Shown in pieces: positions 28,244 to 38,980 of a DNA stretch of 42,701 nt (the stretch's first letter is position 1; every line of letters starts with the position of its first letter). The stretch lies in the NCBI GenBank assembly GCA_031282385.1, contig JAITDV010000477.1, positions 1 to 42,701 of the forward strand. Reading direction: 5' to 3'. The position numbers were made by a program, and so were the translations under genes. Under the pieces are notes generated by a model. The model did not search any database and was not told where the DNA came from. It saw nothing but the letters and a program-made list of their open reading frames with translations. The stretch is from Planctomycetaceae bacterium (GTDB lineage Bacteria > Planctomycetota > Planctomycetia > Pirellulales > Thermoguttaceae).

Positions 28244-28423
28244 CCTTGATAAATCACGCCGGCAACACCTGTGAACTCCAAAAAGTTGAATCTGTTTTTG
28301 AACTTGATAATTTCGTCAACACAAAACAGAAATCAAAATTGACCGCGTCTAAAACAACTTTATCACAAGATCACAATTAAAAATATTGCCTGACGAACAA
28401 AAATTACAAATCGAGGCGAAAAT

Positions 28424-28915
28424 ATGATTGACCAATTTAGAATTGGTATCGGGCATGATACGCACCGCTTAGGTGAGGGAACATTTCTCACGATAGGCGG
28501 TGTTCAAATCAATTATCCGCGCCGACTCTTGGGGCATAGCGATGCAGATGTGTTGCTGCACGCAATATCCGACGCGCTTCTTGGCGCGTCAGGCTTGGGC
28601 GATATTGGCGAAATGTTCCCCGACACAGATCCGCAAAATCACAACCTCGACTCCGCAATTATTCTCCAATCAATTTGCACAAAGATTTACGCCGAAGGTT
28701 GGAATATTGTAAATATCGATACTATAATTTTTGCAGAAAAACCAAAGTTGTCACCGTACAAGGAACAAATCCGCAACAGAATTGCCGAGATCACTTCAAT
28801 ACAACCCTCACAAGTTAACGTTAAGGCTAAAACCGGAGAACAAATCGGCATCATCGGTCAAGAAGAAGCTATCGCCGCAGAATGTATTGTTCTCCTGCAA
28901 AAAAATAAACCATAA
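28424..28915 (+). CDS. ispF: 2-C-methyl-D-erythritol 2,4-cyclodiphosphate synthase
   Basis: RIGIGHDTHRL, GHSDADVLLHAISDALLGA and GDIGEMFPDTDP are the IspF signatures. GAGG SD present. Confidence 0.9.
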   Translation: MIDQFRIGIGHDTHRLGEGTFLTIGGVQINYPRRLLGHSDADVLLHAISDALLGASGLGDIGEMFPDTDPQNHNLDSAIILQSICTKIYAEGWNIVNIDTIIFAEKPKLSPYKEQIRNRIAEITSIQPSQVNVKAKTGEQIGIIGQEEAIAAECIVLLQKNKP

Positions 28916-29107
28916 ACAAACACCCTCTAAAATTAACCGCAAAAAAACTATTACAAAAGAAATCCCATAATAATTTGCTTGCGCCTAATTCTTATTCTGT
29001 TGTGCAATTTTATGATTTTCACTTGCTTATAAAGTACAGTCTTACGGCAATTGTTGAAACGTTTCCCAGCTTCCAATTAAACACCTTCTTTACTCTCACA
29101 ACAAATT

Positions 29108-29272
29108 AGACCTTTTCTCTAACCTAAAAATACATCAACGCAACAAAAAAATTACAACAAAAAACCGCCTTTAACTCCTCCGATACCACCCCTAATCCCT
29201 CCGAAGTAGGTGAATTATTCCCCTACTTCGGAGGGGGCATTTGGGATCTCCCACAGGTTAGAGAAAAGGTCT
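29108..29272 (-). mobile_element. M2 MITE copy, ATT/ATT flanks
   Basis: 165 bp reverse match. Confidence 0.9.
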
Positions 29273-29685
29273 ATTGAAATCATCAATTTGAATCCCCGCA
29301 ATTACTCCCGCACTAACCGCCTTTTACACAAAAACGTAACAAATTTACTCTCTCAAATTACGCTTTCTACTACTCAAACGCCAAGACGACAGTTCACTCA
29401 AAGCAGTGAAATAACTCCAATCCCGCCGGTTAATTATACTGTACAACCTTCCCCGACGCTAAAAGCGTAACGTAAATTTTAGTTGCTATTAGTTTTTTCC
29501 GTAACAAAACTAAACCAGATAAGGTTGACGCGAAAAAAAACGAAAGAACGGATTCAAAATATGCTGGTCTCAATAGATAACAACAGCACCGGCAAAATAA
29601 TAAAACACCAAAAAATAATCGCCAATTTGAGAGATGTATATCTAAACTCGTTTTTTTTGCACGCGCCGTTCATGCGTAACACATA

Positions 29686-29748
29686 TTAAAACAGACTTCC
29701 GCACTCTTGAGCCGAACAACTTATAGAATTAACAGCATATCTCTTGCA
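29686..29748 (-). mobile_element. M1 internally deleted copy
   Basis: TTAAAACAG joined to ACTCTTGAGCCGAACAACTTATAGAATTAACAGCATA; the hairpin region is missing. Confidence 0.55.
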
Positions 29749-29752
29749 GAAA

Positions 29753-29896
29753 AGACCTTTTCTCTAACCTAAACATACAACACCACAACAAAAAACCTAC
29801 AACAAAAAACCGCCTTTAACCCCTCCGAATGAAAGGAATAATTCCCCTCCTTCGGAGAGGTTATGTGTGGTTTCGGAGGGGTTAGCGAAAAGGTCT
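29753..29896 (-). mobile_element. M2 MITE copy (144 bp, hairpin partly deleted), AAA/AAA flanks
   Basis: Both TIRs present; direct AAA on both sides. Confidence 0.85.
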
Positions 29897-30031
29897 AAAG
29901 AACAAACTTGCAGAATTTACAGATGAAAATATTGTCTGTAAATTCTGCAACTCCTACTGATTTCTCCAATTTCAGTCAAAATAACAACATTGCCAAACTC
30001 CCGCCTCCAACTTCATACAGAATAAACAACC

Positions 30032-31603
30032 CTAAAAATCCTTTAGAGATTCCGGTACCGGAATTAGTATTGGCGTTATTTTCAGGCAAATAGCGTGTTG
30101 ACTCGGCTTCGTTTCAGGCAACACGACATGCAACGCGTCATCCTTTTGCTCAAATTTCAACTCGCCTTCCGCCCCCAACATACTTACCGATTTTATCCTG
30201 TAATAAATTTTCTCCGCAAAAGTTTTTATTGCAACTTTGTCCGTCTGCGTCCCACACACAAAAACATAAACCGTATCTCCCTTAGTAGTGAAACGAAAAT
30301 CCTGCGCAGTCAATGTCGCCATTCGGGTAAAATAACCGCCGCTAACCTTGGTCGGTCCTTCTCCAAAAACAGAATACGGACGAGTTCCATAAATTCCCTC
30401 ACCATTAACCTTGAGCCACTTGCCTATTTCCTTGAGCAACACAACCGCATTGTCATCAAGCGTCCCATCCGCCCTCGGCGGCACATTCAACAAAAGATTC
30501 CCGTTCTTGCTGACAATGTCAATCAATTGATCAATAACATACTTTGGACTGCTGTATTTGCACCCTTTTGTCCAGAACCAATCACCTATCGAAGTGTCCG
30601 TCTGCCACGGTAAATCCTTAATCCTGTCCGATTGCCCGCTCTCCACATCACAAACAGCCACATCCCCCCGCAAACCATCCCCATGAAATCCACCATGTAC
30701 GTAGTTCTTAATACACATTACCGCTTCCAATTTTCCTCCGTGATTTGCGATATTCGTATTGTAATAGTAAGCAAGCAACTTTCTCCCAGTTTCGCCAAAC
30801 GGTATGCCTCCGTCAAAATAAAACAAATCAGGCTTGTGTTGGTCAATCAAATCCTTTATTCGACGAACATAATCCTCTATCACTTCACGAGGCGGATTCA
30901 TCGCATAATGATAATTGTCCTCCTTGTGTCCGGCATACTCTTTGAAATAAAGCCCCGCATATTTCGGATCAACACCGTCATAAGAAACTCCTGCAAATTC
31001 ACCTTTCTTGTCCGCACCATGACTCACCGCAAGCCAATTCCACGACCTCTCCAAATGCGAAGTCACTCCCCAACGTAACCCCGATTTCCGCACAGCAGCT
31101 TCCCATTTGCCTATAATATTCTGACGCGGTCCGTGATTTACACTGTTCCATTCGTGATGCTTGGAATTCCAAAGATCAAAGTTGTCGTGGTGCGCAGCCA
31201 TCGCAACAATATATTTTGCCCCCGCCTCCTTGAACAAATCAACCAAGTTGTCCGGATCAAAATTTTCACCTTTCCACATTTCTATAATGTCCTTGTACCC
31301 TACTTTTGACGGATGCCCATAATTTTTGATATGAAACTTGTAATGCGCCGAACCTTCAATATACATATTTCTCGCATACCAATCGCCAACAGCAGGAACC
31401 GTGTAAGGATTCCAACAAGTCCAAATCCCAAACTTCGCATCCCGAAACCAATCAGGACAACTATAACGCCCCAACGATTCCCAAGAACCGTCAAACGTTT
31501 TTTGTTGCGCGTGCAAGCCGCCCGGCACAGCCGAAAACAAGACAACAACAACACACAACAAAAACAATTCCGCCATTTGCGAAAAAATACAAAATTTTCT
31601 CAT
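30032..31603 (-). CDS. alpha-L-fucosidase (GH29), secreted
   Basis: DWFRDAKFGIW...HHDNFDLW pattern typical of GH29. Signal peptide follows the MRKF start (31603); the ORF track starts 7 codons earlier at 31624. Confidence 0.85.
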   Translation of the reverse strand: MRKFCIFSQMAELFLLCVVVVLFSAVPGGLHAQQKTFDGSWESLGRYSCPDWFRDAKFGIWTCWNPYTVPAVGDWYARNMYIEGSAHYKFHIKNYGHPSKVGYKDIIEMWKGENFDPDNLVDLFKEAGAKYIVAMAAHHDNFDLWNSKHHEWNSVNHGPRQNIIGKWEAAVRKSGLRWGVTSHLERSWNWLAVSHGADKKGEFAGVSYDGVDPKYAGLYFKEYAGHKEDNYHYAMNPPREVIEDYVRRIKDLIDQHKPDLFYFDGGIPFGETGRKLLAYYYNTNIANHGGKLEAVMCIKNYVHGGFHGDGLRGDVAVCDVESGQSDRIKDLPWQTDTSIGDWFWTKGCKYSSPKYVIDQLIDIVSKNGNLLLNVPPRADGTLDDNAVVLLKEIGKWLKVNGEGIYGTRPYSVFGEGPTKVSGGYFTRMATLTAQDFRFTTKGDTVYVFVCGTQTDKVAIKTFAEKIYYRIKSVSMLGAEGELKFEQKDDALHVVLPETKPSQHAICLKITPILIPVPESLKDF

Positions 31604-31637
31604 TTTCAAATCTCCATTTCTCATAAAATTTAGTTGC

Positions 31638-31746
31638 TATACTCTTCAAATTTGCTTTTGAATTTCAGCTTTCCCTTTTTAACTTCCTTCCAAAAGACAA
31701 GCAGACAACAGTAAAGTAAAGTTAGAACATGAACAATTTCAAACCC
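31638..31746 (+). mobile_element. M1 MITE copy (divergent)
   Basis: TATACTCTTCAAATTTGC left end, AAGCAGAC, and right end GTTAGAACATGAACAATTTCAAAC. Length is 109 nt. Confidence 0.6.
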
Positions 31747-32056
31747 CCAACTCCACAACCAATATCATTGTCTCAAGAAAGTTATACTCTATGAGGATAA
31801 TACCATTTTTTATTTTTTTGAAAATACCAGGATTAGTGTTGTGCTTTTTTGCAATTTAACTTATAATTCCGCTCTGCGTTGGTTGACGCAGTGCAAGGTT
31901 GCCGGATTTAGAATTTTTGTAACAAAAAAATCCGGCAATGTTAAGTTGCGGAAAAGTTGGTTGAGTTCTGTCTAAATTGTGTTTGTACAGAAAGAGAACT
32001 TTCCGTACCAATCAGTCAGTTATTGCAATTACTTTTCATACTGTTCAGAAAAAAAA

Positions 32057-32160
32057 TTAAACTGCTCACACTTGAAATTTCCTTCACCGCCGCCCGCTTG
32101 ACTACATACAAGCAAGCTTTGACACTCTTGAGCCGCACAATTCATAGTACGAAATGTATA
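32057..32160 (-). mobile_element. M1 MITE copy
   Basis: Reverse match. The stem is replaced by the compensated pair GCTTG (32096-32100) / CAAGC (32109-32113). Confidence 0.8.
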
Positions 32161-32219
32161 TTGCAATAATTTTTGTAACGTTTAATTCAATTCACTAACA
32201 AATTGAAAAGGAGACGAAA

Positions 32220-33315
32220 ATGAAAAAAACAAATTTAAAGTTCGATAGTTGCGTTTTCAGTGTAAAAATAGGAACGACTCATGTTAAAATAGGCGGGGGG
32301 GGGGGGGCTGCATAAAAATCAAAATTGCCAAGATTACCGTAACAATAATCTTCTGGGGATTTCTCCCAAGCCTATTCTTGGTTTTACTCTTGTTGAGCTT
32401 CTTGTTGTAATAGCAATTATCGGCGTTTTAATTGCGCTGCTCTTGCCCGCAATTCAATCGGCACGCGAAGCGGCACGCAGATCAAAATGCTCAAATAACC
32501 TAAAACAATGGGCGCTTTCCGCACACACACATGCTGACGCAAACAAAGGTTGGCTTAATATTGCCGGCTGCCCCGACAGCCGAACCGCACAAAACGGTAA
32601 ATCCTACAACAGACTCTCATGGCCTACTGAACTTTGGGCTTTTATTGAACAATTACCGCTTGCCGAAAAATACAATTACAGTCAACACTTTTATCAAGGC
32701 ACTAACTTAGAAACTTATCGAGTTCGTATCCCCGCATATTATTGTCCTTCCGATAAACCTAATGCAGTTGAAAAGCCTGAGTTCACTACTTATTGGACAG
32801 TTTTAGGAAATTATGTAGTCAACGTAGGAAATACACATCTTCATGTTGACTCGACAGACTTAGCAATTCAAACAGGCGCCCCGTATGGTATCGGTAACGT
32901 ACACGGACTGGAATCTATCATTGACGGCACGTCAAATACTGCTGCTTTTTCTGAAGTTTTAATTCTTGCGGATAAGAAAACTGCCGCAGACGCAGACGCC
33001 CGCGGAGCAATCTTAAATGACAGCGGAACTCCCTGTTTTATGTCAATTCTCACACCAAACTCAAAAAGTCCCGACGAAGTTAGATGGTGTTTGAACGGCA
33101 CGACAGACACAAGTAACAGCTTGTACAAAAAATATCCGTGTTCTGTTGCTCCCAATAATAACAAAGTACAAAACGCCGCACGAAGTAATCACCCCGGCGG
33201 CGTAAATGTCAGTATGTGCGACAGCGGCGTCAAGTTTGTTACAGATAGTATTGCTCATTCAATTTGGCAAGCAGGACTCTCCGCATACGGCAGAGAATCC
33301 GAAACTTTGCCATAA
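32220..33315 (+). pseudogene. DUF1559 protein with prepilin-type N-terminal methylation motif, frame-interrupted at a G13 tract (phase-variable or pseudogene)
   Basis: [34 protein letters not shown] is encoded at 32380-32480, in the frame of the 32443-33315 ORF. That frame has no ATG/GTG/TTG upstream of the motif. An SD+ATG at 32220 lies in the adjacent frame and stops at 32313, just after the G13 run (32295-32307). Confidence 0.7.
32295..32307 (+). repeat. G13 homopolymer tract
   Basis: Thirteen consecutive G counted in AGGC-GGGGGGGGGGGGG-CTG. This is exceptional in a low-GC window. Confidence 0.95.
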
Positions 33316-33357
33316 CACAATGTACAAATAAACGTGATTTTTTTGAAAGGAGATTTT

Positions 33358-33786
33358 ATGAATTTGAAAATATATTTTATCGGTTTGTTGTTGGCAGTAG
33401 TTGTAATATTTTCGGGTTGCGGATCAAAGGGCGTGCAAACTGTCAAAGTAACAGGAAACATAACAATTGACGGTAACCAAATTGAACAAGGTTCGGTCAA
33501 GTTTATTGATGTTGAAGGAAAAACTCCGACAGGAGGCGGAAGTATTTCCAAAGGAACTTATGCCGCAAATGTTCCTTTGGGCAAAAAAAAGATTCTCGTT
33601 TTAGGGACGAAATTAGTCGGCAAAGAGCCCTTATTTGCAGATATGCCGGATAGTCCTGTCAACGACAAATACGAACAAGTTACTCCCGACGCTTACAACA
33701 GTTTTGAATTGACACCGTTAGAAGCAGAGATAACCGCTGCAATTGACAATTTGAATTTTGATTTGTTGTCAAAATTCAGAAAGTAA
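33358..33786 (+). CDS. small putative lipoprotein
   Basis: AAAGGAGA SD before the ATG at 33358. Signal peptide ends in the lipobox-like VIFSGC. Mature part is beta-rich (VKVTGNITIDG...). Confidence 0.6.
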   Translation: MNLKIYFIGLLLAVVVIFSGCGSKGVQTVKVTGNITIDGNQIEQGSVKFIDVEGKTPTGGGSISKGTYAANVPLGKKKILVLGTKLVGKEPLFADMPDSPVNDKYEQVTPDAYNSFELTPLEAEITAAIDNLNFDLLSKFRK

Positions 33787-33850
33787 ACAAATTGTCCATA
33801 AACTTTCACAAACTTACATTAATTTTTTGTGAGAATTTATTTATCCATTA
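33787..33850 (+). repeat. R3-related repeat, directly upstream of the SD of the DUF1559 gene at 33876
   Basis: CTTTCACAAACTTACATTAATTTTTTGTGAGAATTTATTTATCCATTA shares the CACAAA...TTTGTGA(R)AATTTAT...ATCC layout. Confidence 0.45.
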
Positions 33851-33875
33851 ATCAAATTTACAAAGGAGAAATATT

Positions 33876-34988
33876 ATGAAAAATTTGACAAAGAAAAATG
33901 GGTTCACACTTGTTGAACTTTTAGTTGTGATAGCGATCATTGGTGTTTTGATTGCTATTCTTTTGCCCGCAGTACAAGCGGCACGGGAAGCATCCCGACG
34001 CACACAATGCAGCAACAAATTAAGACAATTCGCACTTACATTGCACAACCACCATGACACGCAAGGAACGTTACCCTGTGCTTCAAACGGTTACGGCGGT
34101 ACTGATCAAAATAAACATCGAATCAGTGCATTTATGCCGTTGTTGCCGTTTATTGAAATGACAACACTCTATGAACGCTTTACCGGTTCATATTCTTCAA
34201 TTTCACCTTGGGCAAGTAACGGTAACGTGTTTTTTACGGATTTAAGCGAGATATTTGGTTGTCCGTCTGATCCGTTTCGTACCAGCAAAGTAAATGAAAC
34301 CGCCAAAACCAGTTATCGTATATCGTTTGGAGATTGGGCGGATCGATGTAATCAACACACTGATGACAATCCGCGCGGCGCTTTCGTCGGTAAAATTGGC
34401 GTATCGCGAGATTTTACCGCCGTTACAGATGGAACAAGTAATACTATTGCGTTGTCCGAAGCAACAATAGCAATGAAAAAAGGAGCTTTCTTACAAGGGA
34501 CTGTTGCCAAAAAAATAACATCGTTACCTACAGAAAACCAAAAACCGGACAGTACATTCGACTACAATAGTTGTTTCAATACCGCTAATTGGAAGTCTTA
34601 CAACTCCGGAGTTACGGTTTTCAACGATCAGAGTGGAACACGTTGGGGAGATTGTTATGTGATATTTACGGGTTTTTCAACAATATTCCCGCCAAATTCG
34701 CCTTCATGTGCAAGAGATGACTCTGCATACACTGCCGAACACATTCTACGTACAATCGACAGCAAACAGGTCAATAAAGCCAACAATGTTACCATCATGT
34801 CCGCTTCAAGCTACCACACCAATGGAGTCAATGCAGCATTTTTGGATGGAACAGTACGTTTCGTCAACAATGGAGTCGATTCAGGAACCGACCGAACATT
34901 GAAGTGTCCGACATCCGGTCAATCGCCATTTGGAGTTTGGGGCGCTTGCGGTTCAATAAATGGTGAAGAAACAGCTGCAATACCATAA
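33876..34988 (+). CDS. DUF1559 domain protein with prepilin-type N-terminal cleavage/methylation motif
   Basis: [51 protein letters not shown] is the canonical planctomycete DUF1559 N-terminus. AAGGAGA SD present. Confidence 0.85.
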   Translation: MKNLTKKNGFTLVELLVVIAIIGVLIAILLPAVQAAREASRRTQCSNKLRQFALTLHNHHDTQGTLPCASNGYGGTDQNKHRISAFMPLLPFIEMTTLYERFTGSYSSISPWASNGNVFFTDLSEIFGCPSDPFRTSKVNETAKTSYRISFGDWADRCNQHTDDNPRGAFVGKIGVSRDFTAVTDGTSNTIALSEATIAMKKGAFLQGTVAKKITSLPTENQKPDSTFDYNSCFNTANWKSYNSGVTVFNDQSGTRWGDCYVIFTGFSTIFPPNSPSCARDDSAYTAEHILRTIDSKQVNKANNVTIMSASSYHTNGVNAAFLDGTVRFVNNGVDSGTDRTLKCPTSGQSPFGVWGACGSINGEETAAIP

Positions 34989-35107
34989 ATATTATTACAG
35001 CTTATTGTATTCCATTAGTAAAGCTTCTTTCACTAATCACAAAAATAGTATATCAGAATTACTAATTTCAAAAAAAACTCCATGCTTGTTTTTATTTTGG
35101 TATTGTT

Positions 35108-35268
35108 ATATACTGCCCGTCCTATAAATTGTGAGACTCAAGAGCGCACACTGCTCGGACAATAAAATAAATTGCGCGATTGCAGAGCGTAAAAGCATGA
35201 TTTCCAATAGAGGAACAGGCGGCGGCAAAAGAAACACCAAGTGTGAACGGTTTAAACTGTTCACACTT
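35108..35268 (+). mobile_element. M1 copy with internal duplication plus an inverted solo right TIR
   Basis: The ATAAATTG(T/C)G..AGAGCG segment occurs twice. The right end is followed head-to-head by a second right TIR, giving the palindrome AAGTGTGAACGGTTTAAACTGTTCACACTT. Confidence 0.75.
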
Positions 35269-35336
35269 GTGTTTTTGATAACAAATTTGGACTTGTCTTT
35301 CTTTCACTTCCCACAACCTACTTACAAAAAGCCAAA

Positions 35337-37019
35337 ATGAAAAACTTCCGTTTCAAACAGATCAATCATATTTTTGTGATATTGTTACTAATATTTGTTG
35401 CCAATCTTTTTTTTATCACGGGCAATTCAATTGAATATTGTTCGGCACAAGAAAGCGATTTATCCAATGTTGTTACACGAGTTGTTTCTTCTGATGTTGC
35501 CCATCGACCGGTTGTTTTGCCGCGTAATTTGTTTGAATCCGGAGAAGAGTTTCGGGCGGCTTGCCGTATTGATGAGATTTTGATCAAGGCTCTTAAACGT
35601 TACAATCTTGAACCCGCACCAATTTGCAGCGACGAAGTATTTATTCGCCGTGTCTATTTTGACGTTATCGGGACGTTGCCGACACAACAAGAAGTCAAAA
35701 GATTTCTCAATGACCAATCGCCGAATAAACGTACAAAAATTATCGATGCCGTTCTGAATCGCAATGAATTTGCCGATTATTGGGCAATGAAATGGTCGGA
35801 CTTGCTTCGGGTAAAGGCGGAATTTCCAGTGAATTTGTGGCCCAACGGCGCAGTGAATTATTACAATTGGATTCACGACGCAATACGCACTAATATGCCT
35901 TACGACCGTTTTGCCCAAACCCTCCTAACCGCTAGCGGAAGCAATTTCCGAAACGGCGCCGTCAACTTCTACCGTGCTGTTCCCGCCAAAGACCCAGATA
36001 CATTAGCAGAAATAACCGTACAAACCTTTCTCGGCGCGCGTACCGCAACTTGGTCGCAGCAAAAACGTAATGATATTGCAAAATTTTTCTCTCGAATAAG
36101 ATACAAAGAAACCGCACAATGGAAAGAAGAAATCGTTTTCTGGTTACAAAAACCGCTTGACTCGCACGATGTTGTGTTTCCCGACGGTTCCCGCGCAACC
36201 ATTCCTGAAAATCATGACCCTCGCGAAATATTCGCAAAATGGCTCATTTCGCCGGAAAATAAAAACTTCAGCCAAAATATCACAAACAGAATTTGGTTTT
36301 GGTTGTTCGGATTCGGAATCGTTCATGAACCGGATAATTTTTGCAGCGACAACCCGCCCGTTTATCCCGAATTACTCGATTATCTTTGTACCGAGTTGGT
36401 CAAATCAAAATATAACCTTAAACATATCTATCGCCTCATTCTCACGTCCAACACTTATCAACAATCTTCCATTCCAAAAATAAATAAAAAACAAAATCGC
36501 GATGTTGAATTATTTGCTTCGTATCCAATTCGCCGTCTTGAAGCGGAAGTGTTACAAGATGCGTTAGCGCAAATTTTTGACGTGCAAGTTGTCTATCAGA
36601 GCGAAGTGCCGGAACCATTCACCAGAATTCCAGCTCGATACCGCACAATCGTTTTACCCGACGCAAGCGTAACAAGCTCCTTCCTCGAAATGTTCGGACG
36701 CGCCTCAAGAGATACCGGTCTTGAATCTGATAGAAATAATAACGTTACCGAAGCACAACAACTGTTCATGCTCAACTCAACAGAAATAAATAATTGGATA
36801 AAACGATACGCTTCAAAAATAAAATTTAACCGAATACAAAACAAAAAAAATCAATCGCTCGACTCCATCTGGTTGACTATCCTATCACGTTACCCAACAG
36901 AAACAGAACTAAAAATCATCGAAAAAGATTTCCAACAAAAAGAAATTCCAACACCTCAAAAAATTCAAGACTTAATCTGGGCAATAATAAACTCAAAAGA
37001 ATTTTTTTGTAAACATTGA
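35337..37019 (+). CDS. DUF1549 / DUF1553 domain protein
   Basis: RVYFDVIGTLPTQQEVKRFL...NEFADYWAMKWSDLLRV (DUF1549), and a C-terminal LFMLNS...LSRYPTETEL...IWAIINSKEF (DUF1553-like). N-terminal signal or anchor. Confidence 0.8.
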   Translation: MKNFRFKQINHIFVILLLIFVANLFFITGNSIEYCSAQESDLSNVVTRVVSSDVAHRPVVLPRNLFESGEEFRAACRIDEILIKALKRYNLEPAPICSDEVFIRRVYFDVIGTLPTQQEVKRFLNDQSPNKRTKIIDAVLNRNEFADYWAMKWSDLLRVKAEFPVNLWPNGAVNYYNWIHDAIRTNMPYDRFAQTLLTASGSNFRNGAVNFYRAVPAKDPDTLAEITVQTFLGARTATWSQQKRNDIAKFFSRIRYKETAQWKEEIVFWLQKPLDSHDVVFPDGSRATIPENHDPREIFAKWLISPENKNFSQNITNRIWFWLFGFGIVHEPDNFCSDNPPVYPELLDYLCTELVKSKYNLKHIYRLILTSNTYQQSSIPKINKKQNRDVELFASYPIRRLEAEVLQDALAQIFDVQVVYQSEVPEPFTRIPARYRTIVLPDASVTSSFLEMFGRASRDTGLESDRNNNVTEAQQLFMLNSTEINNWIKRYASKIKFNRIQNKKNQSLDSIWLTILSRYPTETELKIIEKDFQQKEIPTPQKIQDLIWAIINSKEFFCKH

Positions 37020-37024
37020 ATATT

Positions 37025-37216
37025 AGACCTTTTCGCTAACCTGTAGGAGACCACCCCTAACCCCTCCGAAGGAGGGGAGTAAGAAGATGTCTCCGAAGGG
37101 GGGGAGTAATTCCCCTCCATCGGAGGGGTTAGGGGTGGTCTCGGAGGAGTTAAAGGCAGTTTTTTGTTGTAGTTTTTTTGTTGCGTTGATGTATTTTTAG
37201 GTTAGAGAAAAGGTCT
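37025..37216 (+). mobile_element. M2 MITE copy (192 bp, insertion in the hairpin loop), ATT/AAT flanks
   Basis: Starts 5 nt after the stop codon of the DUF1549/DUF1553 gene. Confidence 0.9.
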
Positions 37217-37605
37217 AATAGTAATATTTCAGTTGCGGGATTCAGTTGTTTAGGAAAAAGGGTTTTGGGAATAGGAACGAAGCAGACAAAAAAGCAGCGT
37301 TCTAAAGTAAACAACCCTTATTTGTCCAAATTCCCTCAGTAGCAGACAACGCCCTCTAATGATGCTCCTATTTTTCCGATGGCGGTGCATAAGACAATAT
37401 CAAACAAACATAAGGGCGAGTTGGGGAGAATTTTGGGCTACTAATGGTAATTTGACAAAAGGATTGGAATATTAGAGCCGCTCGGGAAATTATGTTGTTC
37501 CGCTCGGATTTATTGGGCTTGAGTAACAGAATTGTTGACGATAATAAACATGCGACTGAATGGATACGATTAGAGATAACCATTAAAAATTTTGGAGATA
37601 AAAAT

Positions 37606-38904
37606 ATGAAGCGTCGTGAATTTTTGTCGGCGGGACTTGGCGGAGTTTTGTTGGGTTCGTTGGATAAAGTGGGTTTGGCGGCGGAGTCGAAACCTACGTT
37701 CAAAGCGGGCAAGGCGAAATCAGTGATTCAAATTTGGATGTGGGGAGGTCCTTCGCATCTTGAGACTTTTGATCCGAAGCCTGGTGCCGGTTACGATTAT
37801 TGCGGTCAATGGGATAAACCGATTCAGACCAATGTTTCAAGAATTGAGATTAGTCAATCGCTTCCGATGTTGTCGCGATGTGCTGATTTATATTCTGTGA
37901 TACGTGGGATGACGCATGGAACGAATCACCATGAACAAGCATCTTACGTTATGCAAACCGGACGAATGCCCGGCGGCGGTGTTGTTTATCCGTGTGTTGG
38001 TGCGGTTATTGCCAAAGTTAAGGGATATGATGCGGGTTATGATTTAGCGATTCCGCCTTATATTGTGCTGACAACATCGCAGGGGCGGTTTTCAGAATGC
38101 GGTTTTTTGGGACCGAAGTACAAACCGTTTATTACGGGCGGCGATCCGAGTAAAACGCCGTTTTTAGTTTCCGGTTATGTTGTCGAAGGCATAACTGATA
38201 AACGGCAACGTGAACGTAAAGAACTTCTCAATAGACTTGATTTATTCGGCAAGGCTGCTGAAACTAATTCGCTGATCGGCGAGGTTGAGGCGGCTCGCGA
38301 AAATGCGTTTAATCTGATTTTCGGTAACACGGTAAAGATTTTTGATATTAGCAAGGAATCGGAAAAAAGACGTAATGATTACGGAATGAATTGGTTTGGT
38401 CAAGCATGTTTGATGGCGCGGCGATTGGTGCAAAACGGCGTTCCGTACATAACGATTAATTATCGCGGTTGGGACACGCACAAACGGCATTTTGAAACAT
38501 TAACACGGCGGCAAGTTGAATGGGATCGCGGATTATCAATGTTGTTACGTGAACTTGCGGATTTGGGCTTGTTGGACTCGACAATTGTGTGGTGGGGCGG
38601 TGAATTTGGGAGAACGCCAAAAATTGATTGGGCGGCTCCTTGGCTTGGCGGACGCGGACATTTTGGGCGTTGTTTCAATGTCTTGCTTGCCGGCGGCGGA
38701 TTTAAAGGCGGATGCGTTGTTGGTGAAACAGACAAAACAGGGGAAAATATCATTGCAAGACCGGTCTATCCGCAAGATTTGCTCGGCAGCATCTATCAAA
38801 TGTTAGGAATAAATCCCGACGAAAAATTGCCCAACGAAAAAGGATTCAACGTACCAGCAATGCCGCCGGCGTCAAAATCAGGACGATTAAATGAACTGGT
38901 TTAA
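37606..38904 (+). CDS. DUF1501 domain protein (Tat signal, sulfatase-like)
   Basis: GGAGA SD and ATG at 37606. Twin-arginine MKRREFLSAGLGG, then WMWGGPSHLETFDPKP and WGGEFGRTP motifs typical of DUF1501. Confidence 0.85.
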   Translation: MKRREFLSAGLGGVLLGSLDKVGLAAESKPTFKAGKAKSVIQIWMWGGPSHLETFDPKPGAGYDYCGQWDKPIQTNVSRIEISQSLPMLSRCADLYSVIRGMTHGTNHHEQASYVMQTGRMPGGGVVYPCVGAVIAKVKGYDAGYDLAIPPYIVLTTSQGRFSECGFLGPKYKPFITGGDPSKTPFLVSGYVVEGITDKRQRERKELLNRLDLFGKAAETNSLIGEVEAARENAFNLIFGNTVKIFDISKESEKRRNDYGMNWFGQACLMARRLVQNGVPYITINYRGWDTHKRHFETLTRRQVEWDRGLSMLLRELADLGLLDSTIVWWGGEFGRTPKIDWAAPWLGGRGHFGRCFNVLLAGGGFKGGCVVGETDKTGENIIARPVYPQDLLGSIYQMLGINPDEKLPNEKGFNVPAMPPASKSGRLNELV

Positions 38905-38980
38905 GAAATTCGGAGTTATAATTTGGAATTGTTGTCGTGAAAAAGCACGTGACTGAATAGTTTTTTTTTACAATTTAACG

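Noticed and set aside
29210-29689. Two small ORFs (86 and 68 aa) in the 1.1-kb gap between ispF and the fucosidase gene
   Set aside because: The first starts inside an M2 copy, and both are low-complexity with no SD. The region looks like degraded M1 and M2 remnants.
35122-35340. Two overlapping 64- and 69-aa ORFs on opposite strands
   Set aside because: Both lie entirely within the duplicated M1 copy and its head-to-head TIR palindrome.
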